64,000 bases of DNA from contig NMRA01000476.1 in NCBI GenBank assembly GCA_002633005.1, forward strand, positions 7,486 to 71,485, in the 5' to 3' direction. Made by a program: the position numbers and the translations under genes. This document shows, in pieces, positions 53,601-62,586 of this stretch (position 1 is the stretch's first letter; every line of letters starts with the position of its first letter). The notes below the pieces were generated by a model. It ran no database searches and had not been told where the DNA came from. It was given only the letters and a program-made list of their open reading frames with translations. The stretch is from Phoronis australis (lineage: Eukaryota; Animalia; Phoronida).

Positions 53601-56600
53601 TTGACCATTTCCACGTGGGGCTGCTCGATGAGGTTTTGCAATCATAAATTCAGAAATAGAAAAGACAGTACTATATTTTAAATGAAAATACCAGTACATG
53701 TGTGTATTGGAATGATATACAACAATTAAGTATAAAATGTATAATAAGACCAATATATATTAATAATTTATTAATACATGTTATTATTGACTATTTGTCA
53801 GATCATGGACGTTGCCAACAAGCATGCCTCAGGCAGTAGTTCCTGTGACAGCGCCCCCAGTAGTTCATCATGCAACAAACGCTCACACAGTTCAACGTCA
53901 ACGGAGGAGGACTCTAACCAATCCAGTGGGATTGTGGGAAGGGCCAGAGCCGTGGCAGACTATGTACCAGATGACCACGAAAAAGATCGTCTAACTTTGA
54001 AGGTAAGACGAATGAATCATAAGTTGTTAATTGATTCAACTGAAAAGGTAAAATGCAAATAATGATGACAGCATTTTAGGAACTCGTTCCTTCATACAAA
54101 AAATGTTTCACTTAATATACTTCTTTACTATTATGTTTGTAGAGGGGTGATGTCATCAGTGTGATAGAGAAAAATCCTTCCGGATTGTGGACAGGGGCAC
54201 TGAATGGCCACACGGGCAAGTTCAAACTAGTCGATGTGGAGATAATCTCAGATGGCTCACCAAGGCTATCACGGAAGAATCTCAAGCACTCATCAAAGAA
54301 ACGATTCTCCAAACGCAGTAAACCGCGAACACTCGAAGAACTCCTTAAAAGACTGGGACTGGAGGTTGGTATATGCTCAGAGAACTTCTATAAAATTAGT
54401 TTCACTTTGTAACCTGAAATTTAAAATGGATTAACAAAAGACAATTACACAAACTTGATCTTCGATTTTACAGTGCTCTGATGAAACTGTGCAGAGATCA
54501 ATCGTTAGTATTGTTGTGTTGTATTTAACCTCTTGCTGACGTGTCTTTTAACGGTTTCTCTTCAGTCACTGACGCAAGTTTTCGTCCAGAATGGTTACAC
54601 CAACCTTGAGGCATTCAGTGAGTTAGAGAACAATGACCTAGATGACCTGCGTATTACTAACCCTGAGCAGCGAGCCAAGCTGTTGACTGCTGCTGATCTT
54701 GTCAATGATCTGGATTATGACAGTAAGTTGGAGATTTGTTTAATAAGTGCTGATGCTCTGAGCGGTTTCTTTCATTTTGTATGTACAAGGTTAGGACATG
54801 AGCTTCCCAGGGATAATACAGTAACTGATCAGGTCTCATTGTCAGTATTTGATATGGAAGGTGTTTGATCTCCGTGTGGACAACTAAATTAGTAAATACA
54901 GTAAATACTGTTACTATTGAAAATTTTGGACAGTCTCTTCACTTTGCTACAGTGAAAGCAGATGTTATTTACAAAATTCAATGTGATCTCAAGACTCTGA
55001 TGCTAATTAAATTTTGCTGTCTTTAGACCTCGAGTGTGCCTAACTGTAGAGGAAAGTGTGATTGCATGCAATGAAAAAGTGCGTCTGAAAATTAGCAAGG
55101 CATTCTAAGGCATATAAAGTAGTTTTTGTTTACATTCTTTTCTGTATGTTTCCAGCTCCTGATTCTCCAGAGATCACTCCCAGGAACCAGCTGTTGGATG
55201 TTACTAGGTCGCACGTAACTTCATGTGACTCACCACGCCGCGACTCTGGCTGTTACGCCAGCAGTGAGAACCTAAAGGAGCGATCGCCACCTAGCACAGT
55301 GGGAAAGTCGAGCTCTAAGTGTAGCAGTGCTTCTGAAGAGGTCGCTGCTATCAACGGCTGTGGCAACATTCCTCCCAGTGATGTAGATACAGAAGTGCAA
55401 GACACCTGCACACAAACTGGAAACACTTTAGAGAAACTTGATGAAAATAAAGAAAACCAACTGACCCCTCCTCTCAAACCCAAAATAAAGCCCAAGCCTA
55501 GTAGAGCAGTTTCCATGACGACCAGTGCCACAGTAACCTCACCCACAGTTGACAACTTCACCTCTGTGGTGTCCCCTAGTCGAAGTGCTAAAGAGTATCC
55601 ACCTGTTCCACGTAAAGCGAAGCCTCAGGCCCCCGCCAGGAGTGTGTCACTCAAATCTCAGGTCAACATCGTCACGTCACAGGCATCATCATCATCATCG
55701 TCAACCCCATCAGGCTCACCGTGTCACGTTCCAAAAATGCATCATTCAGCTTTGTCTTCGCCAATTCACGCTAGCAACAACAGTCAGTCACTTCACGTGA
55801 CCAAAGGCCATCCCGTGGTGCTGCAGAGTTTTGCCAACTTAGCTACGCCTCCCATGTCGCCTCAGGGTCGGCAGCGCTCCAAGCCACCCGTCTCTCCCAA
55901 GGGGGCTGCTGGTCATATAGCATCTCAGAGGCAAGCATCTCGTCCTAGTGGAACGTCCATTGAGAACCTTGTCATCACCAAACTCCAGCAGGAAATGATT
56001 CAATTGACTGAAGAGCCTTACACAGATATGGTAAGTTTTTTGCACTCACTTTCACTTGTTTGTGTGAACTGTCTTTGAGTAATTCTTATAAAGTTACATT
56101 TGCTGAAGTCATGTAAGTACAATCTTTATATGCCAACTATCACTGATGTTAAAGCTCAGCTTTCTCACCAGTTTATGTCTGGGTGATTTGAAAATTAAAT
56201 TAGATTTAGTTGGCTGTAGTACGTTGTAGAAAGACTTCTCCTATCATCATTAACTGTCCTCCTCGGTTCTAACAAAAACCTTTACTTTCTTTCAGGCTGG
56301 TTTCTGTGGTATACCTCCAGCACTTGTACTTCGTTACGCTGAGGAACTCGGTCGACAAGACATCCGCAGTATGGCCAATGCGATGGAGAATGTTCGCTGT
56401 TTACAACTCAAGTCCTTGGGGCTGATTGCAGTGAGTTTAGATGATTATTATAGTGTGCTGGTTAACAGATGAAAAGGATTTGGAAAGTACTGTTCACCTA
56501 TGGAAATCTGTTCCAGTAGATTTGGAAAAAATGTTTGACTCAGATCTGTTTAAATGGTTTAAATGTTTTGAGATAATTTCCTGACAATTATTAGCTCCTG

Positions 56601-56986
56601 ACTAAATTATAGATCAATGTGTAGGCCAATTGTGCTGAGTGTGTTGGTCACTGATGGTCATCCTCTGTCCACAGGTTCCTAATGACCAGTTGGGTGAGAG
56701 CTGCATCAACCCCATCTATGACAATGTTTATTCGTCCATGGAAGACTTCCTCATCGTGAATGGTTTACCCATGTACATAAATGCGTTTCACACGGCGGGT
56801 TACGTGACACTTGAACTAATCAAGGACATGCAAGAGACGCAGCTGAAAAAATGCTGTGTCAAAGATGGCCGACACGTGCGTCGCTTAATTGCAGCCATTG
56901 ACGCGCTACGCTATTTCATGGCATCCAAGGAACTTCCATGTCCTCATCATTGGAAAGGAAAAATCGACGTCATGGACAAAGTGTAG
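23179..56986 (+). CDS. SASH1: SAM- and SH3-domain scaffold protein, SASH1-like with a SAMD5-like N-terminus; join(23179..23613,33418..33552,33803..33901,[35523..35594],36395..36444,44847..44893,48851..49050,49614..49685,49944..49998,51100..51935,52147..52218,53098..53202,53802..54002,54143..54364,54566..54722,55156..56030,56296..56430,56675..56986)
   Basis: All junctions are GT-AG with compatible phases; 4008 nt (4080 with the optional exon), with no internal stop seen. SASH1 hallmarks: ITMPEEERIELMLMVKEGRISLEDAMSKLKNYE, SH3, SAM (KPRTLEELLKRL), LTEEPYTD..FCGIPPALVLRYAEEL and a C-terminal SAM. Confidence 0.82.
26130..26248. repeat. Local tandem duplication; the second copy lacks a 20-bp hairpin
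   Basis: TACAGTTTTGTTCCATTCTGTGTCATGGTG and ATACTTTTTGCCCAAAT each occur twice. Confidence 0.9.
33418..33552 (+). CDS. SAMD5/SASH1-like exon 2 (135 bp)
   Basis: TTAACAG|AAT...TCG|GTGAGT; NGQTCSATMQPLALRYAEDFNTHWKDVMERMDDIKRKKLMCSADS. Confidence 0.88.
33803..33901 (+). CDS. SAMD5/SASH1-like exon 3 (99 bp, Pro/Ser-rich)
   Basis: TTTTAG|CCA...CCG|GTAAGT; phase 0-0, open frame. Confidence 0.8.
35523..35594 (+). CDS. Candidate symmetric cassette exon (72 bp)
   Basis: Pyrimidine tract then GTAG|CAT...GCT|GTAAGT; HLSYSWIYNDGYDSLEDEVLIVHA; phase 0-0. Confidence 0.55.
36395..36444 (+). CDS. SAMD5/SASH1-like small exon (50 bp)
   Basis: TTTATAG|CCA...CG|GTAAGT; phase 0-2, needed for frame continuity. 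Confidence 0.7.
39135..39255 (+). repeat. Dispersed repeat fragment, homologous to 10080-10210
   Basis: Shared ACCATCAGCGACTCAA core and flanks. Confidence 0.6.
42904..43173. repeat. Minisatellite, 10 x 27 bp (GGAGCCTGAACAGGGATYCCTGTATAA)
   Basis: Read directly; units 4-6 carry a T>C variant and unit 10 is diverged. Confidence 0.98.
44847..44893 (+). CDS. SAMD5/SASH1-like small exon (47 bp)
   Basis: TTACAG|G TCT...ACA G|GTAAGA; phase 2-1, linking 36444 to 48851. Confidence 0.72.
46328..46357. repeat. Perfect 30-bp palindrome
   Basis: TCGCCAGGTCACTGG|CCAGTGACCTGGCGA. Confidence 0.97.
48851..49050 (+). CDS. SASH1: SASH1-like exon with the conserved EEERIELMLMVKE helix; absent from the ORF track
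   Basis: TTATAG|AA...AAG|GTAAGG; resembles vertebrate SASH1 [33 protein letters not shown] (from memory). Confidence 0.9.
49614..49685 (+). CDS. SASH1: SASH1-like exon (72 bp)
   Basis: TTGCAG|CTT...AAG|GTAGGA; LKNYEDAHR continues the SASH1 match. Confidence 0.85.
49944..49998 (+). CDS. SASH1: SASH1-like exon (55 bp, basic, NLS-like RRKRR)
   Basis: TTTTTCAAG|CTG...TCT G|GTAAGC; phase 0-1. Confidence 0.78.
51100..51935 (+). CDS. SASH1: SASH1-like large Ser/Pro-rich exon
   Basis: CCACAG|AT...TCG|GTGAGT; long open frame with PPLPER and PPALPPR SH3-ligand motifs. Confidence 0.88.
52147..52218 (+). CDS. SASH1: SASH1-like exon (72 bp, acidic)
   Basis: TTGCAG|TGG...CAA|GTGAGT; WRSNSSCGEEVNSSDYEDQDEFDQ. 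Confidence 0.8.
53098..53202 (+). CDS. SASH1: SASH1-like exon (105 bp)
   Basis: TTTTCAG|GAT...GAG|GTAAGG; phase 0-0. Confidence 0.82.
53802..54002 (+). CDS. SASH1: SASH1-like exon, first half of SH3
   Basis: GRARAVADYVPDDHEKDRLTLK; donor AAG|GTAAGA. Confidence 0.9.
54143..54364 (+). CDS. SASH1: SASH1-like exon, second half of SH3 and start of SAM
   Basis: RGDVISVIEKNPSGLWTGALNGHTGKFKLVDVEII...KPRTLEELLKRLGLE. Confidence 0.92.
54566..54722 (+). CDS. SASH1: SASH1-like exon, central SAM domain
   Basis: FVQNGYTNLEAFSELENNDLDDLRITNPEQRAKLLTAADL; donor A|GTAAGT. Confidence 0.92.
55156..56030 (+). CDS. SASH1: SASH1-like large exon
   Basis: SPRRDSGCYASSENL (SASH-family RDSGC motif), PPVPRK and LTEEPYTDM; donor ATG|GTAAGT. 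Confidence 0.9.
56296..56430 (+). CDS. SASH1: SASH1-like exon (135 bp); absent from the ORF track
   Basis: TTTCAG|GCT...GCA|GTGAGT; AGFCGIPPALVLRYAEELGRQDIRSMANAMENVRCLQLKSLGLIA. Confidence 0.9.
56675..56986 (+). CDS. SASH1: SASH1-like last exon, C-terminal SAM domain
   Basis: CCACAG|GTT; SMEDFLIVNGLPMYINAFHTAGYVTLE...VKDGRHVRRLIAA; TAG ends at 56986. Confidence 0.9.
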   Translation, partial: VPNDQLGESCINPIYDNVYSSMEDFLIVNGLPMYINAFHTAGYVTLELIKDMQETQLKKCCVKDGRHVRRLIAAIDALRYFMASKELPCPHHWKGKIDVMDKV

Positions 56987-58243
56987 TTAACATATAGATT
57001 GTAATTTGTTCTTCTGCCAAGTCTGTTATTAAATATTACCAAAATACGCATTTTATTTATAGGAATATATACTTCAAGTTTTTGAAGACCCATCTGTCAC
57101 ATTTTTGGTTTACATGAAGTGGGTCGCACATTTTAGTAAGTTATTCCATGTAACGCTGAGTTTTTCTGATTCTTATAACTCCAAGATGCATTACTCAACA
57201 AAATTGTTACAAATTTTTGAGGCATACCTCTCGTGTTCTCAAGTCACTGGCTATTTAAAAGCTTGCTCTCATATCGATTGTTTGACTGTTCTATCTGATC
57301 TTGAAATTTCTTTGTGCTGTAAAAAATATTTTCCACCAGCAACTCAAATTGATTTTGCTTTCGCTGAAAGTTTCCAGTTGAAGCACATTGCTGTTTTTTA
57401 TGAATTATTTCCCATTTTCTTTTGCTGTACCATTGTGTGTTATTGCACCTATACAATATATGAGTATTTGGTAGAGAATGTCTCTACATTCAGTGCTAAA
57501 AAAATCTAGTTTTTGTTCATTTTAGTCAATGTGTGGTGTGTATGTTTTAAGTGAACACCGAGTTAACTTGGTTATCAGTAGATAAGCAAGTAGTTTTCAT
57601 TGTGTACTTGCATTCTATTCTGTTACACTCTACATTTTGTAAGATAATTTTAAGTTATGTAATTATGATTTGGTTAAACGTTTTAAGAGGTTTTCTATAA
57701 TTGATTGAGAAGCTGTATAAAGATTGAGAAATAATTAAAGTTATATTCGAATCATATTTGTCATGTTGATGAGGACTTCGTTCTGTTTTCATCAACTGAC
57801 GTAGTTTAGTTTGGGATCAATGTGCAATCGTGGATTTAGCTGGAGCCAAAACACTGTTCAGCTCTTTGTCAGGACAAGGTGTCAAGGACTTTTAAGTCCT
57901 TAAAAGGTGGAATGGAGCTCAACTAGAGAAGATAGCGAGTGGTGTCAGTTAGGCCCTGTGTCAAAGTGTCTCAGGTCTCTGGAGACAATGAACACTGCAT
58001 TAGTAACAACATAATAGTGACAACGCTGCTGCGCCACCTGAAACATTTGAAGGTGGAAGAATACAACTTAGTTGAGCAAGCGGACTATTTGTGAAATTGT
58101 AATTATTCAAAGTAATCATAAGACCACAAATTGTTGAATTGTCGCTTATTTTTGAGTTTATTGAGTTTCAAAGGTAATCGAAATCTGTAATTTTGTTAAA
58201 TGCCACTGTTAACAGCTAATTGCTAATGACAGCGTTATTATGT

Positions 58244-58249
58244 AATAAA
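58244..58249 (+). promoter_or_regulatory. Candidate poly(A) signal of the SASH1-like gene
   Basis: TGTAATAAA followed by a U-rich tract. Confidence 0.45.
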
Positions 58250-58342
58250 CAATTGACATTTTAACATTGGCTTCTTTTTGTGAGTAAAGCAATGATATAC
58301 CTCTTCGTTTTCACAGACTCTATTGCCAAGCATCATAACAGT

Positions 58343-59359
58343 AAACAAGAGCAACGCGGAGTGTTGAAATGCACCCACGAATGCACCCACGAATGCACCG
58401 CAAACAGTGTGCTTTTAGATTTGTTCATTTGTATCATAAAAATGGCCACTAGATAGCCCAAAACGTCCAATCCATCTGAAAACGGAACATGCCATCGCTT
58501 CTTTAGTATAAAGCCATTTACCAAATTTCATGAAAATCTGTCAAGGTACTTCAGAGAAACAAAAGAAAACAGAAAAAATGACATTTCAACTAGGGGGCAC
58601 AGTGTCCGCCTCAAAATTGGAGAATAGCGTCATCTCACCAATAGATGACTACATTCCAAATTTTACGAAAATACGTTGAGGAACTTTGAAGATACAGAGG
58701 TAAAAGTAAAAAACAAAAATTGCCACTAGGGGGCGCATCGGTGGTTCGATCCGTGCCAAAGTCGTTGTCATCTGTTGTCAACATCATATCAGTACACTGC
58801 TAAATTTAGTAAAGATCCTGCAAATGGTTTAGGCGATACACCCATGGGCACAAAAAAACAAAACTGTCACTAGGAGGTGCCACAGTAGTCAAAGTTGTCG
58901 AAAAATCATCGTCAGCCATCCTCTTCATAGCACGAACATACATGTCCATTTTCCCAATCATCCCTAGAGCAGTTTGGTTGATTACAGGATGGATGCCAAA
59001 ACAGTAAAAAATGGCCATTAGGTGGCGCAAACTGCATCGAATCCATCGGAAAACGAGAGGATAGCATCATCTCACTAATAGATGCTCATATTCCAAACTT
59101 TATGAAAATATGCTGAGGACTTCCGCAGACACAGAGGTAAGCGTAAAAAATTAAAATTGCCACTAGGAGACACACTGGTATTCGGAGAGGTCCGAAATTC
59201 GCCGTCATCCGTCATCAGCTTCATAGGAACACATCTGCCAAATCTCATCAAGACCCTGTGAGGGGCTTAGGAGATACAGCTGCGCACGCTGGACGTCGCA
59301 CGCCCAGACAGAGACGATGGCAACATACGACCACATATAAATATGTGGGTGCATAAAAA
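58343..59359 (-). mobile_element. Helentron-associated (HINE/Pearl-like) non-autonomous element with an internal tandem array of about 145-bp units
   Basis: AAACAAGAG end; subterminal IR ATGCACCCAC (about 58369) and GTGGGTGCAT (59345-59354); hairpin CCACATATAAATATGTGG; degenerate GACG/GACA tract; about 6 internal units marked by CCAAATTT and CCACTAGG; A-run terminus. Confidence 0.75.
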
Positions 59360-59378
59360 GTGACCTTCACCTTGTGCA

Positions 59379-59384
59379 TTTATT
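59379..59384 (-). promoter_or_regulatory. Candidate poly(A) signal of PCNP; alternative at 60041-60046
   Basis: TTTATT on +; strand skew flips to A-rich beyond this point. Confidence 0.4.
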
Positions 59385-59950
59385 TACAAGATTGCCACAC
59401 AAATAAAAGTCAAGTTATAACGGATAGATTTCAGTGACAATCTGTTCTGTCTTAACAGTGCTATAACACAAAATAAATCCTTGCTAACTGATATGAATTT
59501 GTGAGCTATGGCCAATTATGGCAATTCTCCACTTATTTTGCACAAAATAAGTTACATATATTTTCCTAATAGTCAAGTATGCAAAAGGGACTGAGAAACC
59601 AAGCATCACTAATTGACTATGTGCGAACTGAAGAAATGCAACCTAATAGTTGCCAACATGATCCAATACCATACCTTGTTCTATTTCAATATGACCATAC
59701 TTTACCCGATCATTGGTGAATACTCTATAAGAAAATGCCTCTGTGTCAAACAACAGCTTGGTCACTGCTTGCACCTAATGTTCACAAAAGCATGAGATAT
59801 CCCATAATGAATGGATGAATGATGTGTTCCCAACTGGGAATCAAACCACGGGTCTCTAGTGCTCTTTGTCGAAATCTCATGTGAAAAAGGCGAAATGCCA
59901 CTCATGGTATGGATAACAATTGGCTGCAAACAGTAATTACACAGAAATTG

Positions 59951-60027
59951 GGCCCTCAATAGCTCAGTGGTAAGAACACTAGACTGGCAATCGAGAGACC
60001 TGTGGTTCGATTAGCAGTTGGGTTTCC
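59951..60027 (+). pseudogene. tRNA-derived SINE head or tRNA pseudogene
   Basis: A box TAGCTCAGTGG (59960-59970), B-box-like GGTTCGATT (60004-60012), loop CTGGCAA, broken stems; inverted partial copy at 59829-59865. Confidence 0.65.
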
Positions 60028-61079
60028 AGATTTTTCTGCGTTTATTAAATATTGAAGTGTATTAAAACAAAACAGATATTAATAATATTCGCATAATGTT
60101 TGTACTGTGAGCCTAAAGCTTTAACTTGCCAATATGCTTACAAATTTTCAGTTACTTACAAGTTCCACAATGTACATAGATGAAATGGATTTGTTTTATG
60201 TACTCATTTACACCAACAACTTGTTATATATACTCTGACTGTTTCACATGGTCATCATTATCTACTCTCATTGAATTATACATTCTGGTTACAAGTAAAA
60301 ATTGTTTTTTGAAGTTTTTCTTTCATCACTCTACTTCAAACTATCCTACCCAAAGCCATGCATTAAATTAAAATTCCAGAAGTTGTATTTCAAATGACAA
60401 GCTTGTAAAACTAAGGAATGCAAATTAAGTTAATGTAAAAAATGATAACAATAAGACTTGGGCCCACAAAAGTCATCTCATACAAAACCCCAAGTTCATC
60501 ATCTCATCAGTCGCGTCAGACCCATTGCACAATAACGACCCCGAGTCATTGTGTAACAAACAACATTTTCCAGCAGACAAAAAGTTAAGTTTTATCCATC
60601 TTCTCAATTATAGTACTATCAGTCAATGACTAAGTTGCAATCGAGTAAACTAGTAAATTCTGATACACCTCAGCCCCTGACATAAAACAGAGTCTTTTGT
60701 TAAAAGAAGTTAAATCAATTCACAAACATATTATTCTTCAAGTCAGCATAGCCTAACTCTACAAAAAATACCAATCTCTTTTCATAAATTGAAATCTCCA
60801 AGTTTCAATGAAGATTATGGCTAAACTCGCAAACCAAATCAGAAACAAATTGGCAGAAAATCGGGATGTAATCAACAAAAAGAAATCATTATAAAACCTC
60901 TGCAATTTCTATGTAAATAGACATTGTCAATATTTTGTAAAACTTCTTCATTGTCATTTGTAACAACGCAATATTCAAAATCTCCAAGCAACGTTTATCC
61001 CCATTGATACAAAACTTTGAACGAAAAGTAGGGAAGCCCTATCAGATTACCTTAAGTTTGAACTTCTACACTCAATATT

Positions 61080-61438
61080 AACAAGTGATATTTACAGCTT
61101 GGCCTCAACATCCCTACCAAGGTCGAGCACCGTGGTCAAGTGTAGTCTCAAATAAGGACGGCACAAAATTAGGGTGAAGATAAATGTGACCTTGACAGTC
61201 ATTTAGCTGACTTTGAAATCAACTGTTAGAAACCACCTGTGTATCAAGTCTGAAAGTTCTACTGTCAGGCATTTTCTAGTAAATGCACCTAGAAGTAAAA
61301 TGTAGCCTTAACCATTGTCCTCCTGAAGTCATCTGCAGCCTGGGATCAACTTTCGTACCAAGTCTGATAATCATAATAATGGCTACCGTCTGACCTGTAC
61401 AATTTAAGCAACAAGCCTCCTTGTGAAGGGGTATACAA
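61080..61438 (-). mobile_element. Degenerate HINE-like remnant
   Basis: AACAAG start, TGACCTTGAC, two ...CAAGTCTGA units, GGGGTATACAA end. Confidence 0.4.
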
Positions 61439-61825
61439 CTAGATAATATGAACACAATTGGACTGACCCTGCTAGCAAAATTCTCTTCACAATCTGGGAT
61501 GTCAAATGCTCATCAATGGAGACATTTGAATTTAGGCATCCCACAATTCCAACAACTCAGCTGAGAGCAACATTGATGCCCCCCCAACGATCAACACAAC
61601 TGAACTAAAAGACTAAACATTGTTATTCTAGTCATGACATGAATTTTTCTAGATGGACAAAGGTCAACACTTTAACATTTTATGTGAAATATTCACTCTC
61701 TCAGAAAATTTCCCTAACAATCCAAATGGCCTTCAATGAATTTTGTAATGACTAAGAGATTCAAATAAAAATTGTGCATTCCCTTCTAATGTCAGTTGTA
61801 CAAGGCAAGTCCAAGATTAGCATGG

Positions 61826-61949
61826 TCAGTTCTTGTTACCTAAGTCCTCGCTTAACTTTTTCAATTCTCTTTCTTTCATTTTCCGTCGATCACAAAATCC
61901 CAATCCTCCCTTGCCAAATGAGTTAGGGCCAGCTGCAGTTGGGGTGTAC
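61826..61949 (-). CDS. PCNP: PEST proteolytic signal-containing nuclear protein, last coding exon (partial; upstream exons not found in the window)
   Basis: (R)YTPTAAGPNSFGKGGLGFCDRRKMKERELKK resembles the PCNP C-terminus [28 protein letters not shown]; minus-strand acceptor TTCTAG|G at 61950/61949; TGA at 61826-61828. Confidence 0.85.
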
Positions 61950-62586
61950 CTAGAACCACAAGCAGACAGCGGATTTATAATTTGTTTCACACACAGTTTT
62001 AGTCTCAAACCAACATTCAGAGGTTACTCAAGTGAGTTACAACCTGGAATAAAATTGATTCAAAGAACTACGTTATCCCAGTGTTTTGGTGTAGTCTCCC
62101 CCATGTTTACAACATAAATGACAAAAACAAGTCTAGCAGGCAGCAAACAGCATGCAGAAGACCACAGAGCATGGGACATACCTTTGTTCTGATCAGTAGC
62201 ATTTACATCGCTTTTGAATTAAAGTCAAATGGAAGCTTATGGTTTTTTTCACAAGGAATTTTGAGTAAAATGTATGACTAAGACCTGTTTTAAAATGCAC
62301 TTCAAACAAATCATGTAGTAGAGAAACTCAGTGAACTTGCACGCTATCCTGTAGGTAACACGTATCCCATCGCATGACTGGTTAGGGGCTACAACACTTC
62401 CCATCGCTTTCTGTACACATTTCGTCCTGTGTATTTTAAACTGGAAGGTAGGTGTACAGGAGGGGGACGGCAGTTCAAATAAAAATTTATGGGAGGTGTT
62501 TTTCAGAAGAAAATTTAAATTATGGGTGGTCCAACTTGAAAGAAGTTAATCATTAAAACTAGGTGGTGTTTTCTGCCCTGTAAATG

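Noticed and set aside
57105-57509. 134-aa ORF after the SASH1-like stop
   Set aside because: Non-ATG start, AT-rich 3' UTR composition and no recognisable motif.
59951-60027. Functional tRNA gene
   Set aside because: Acceptor, anticodon and T stems are mismatched, and a related truncated copy lies nearby, which is typical of a SINE.
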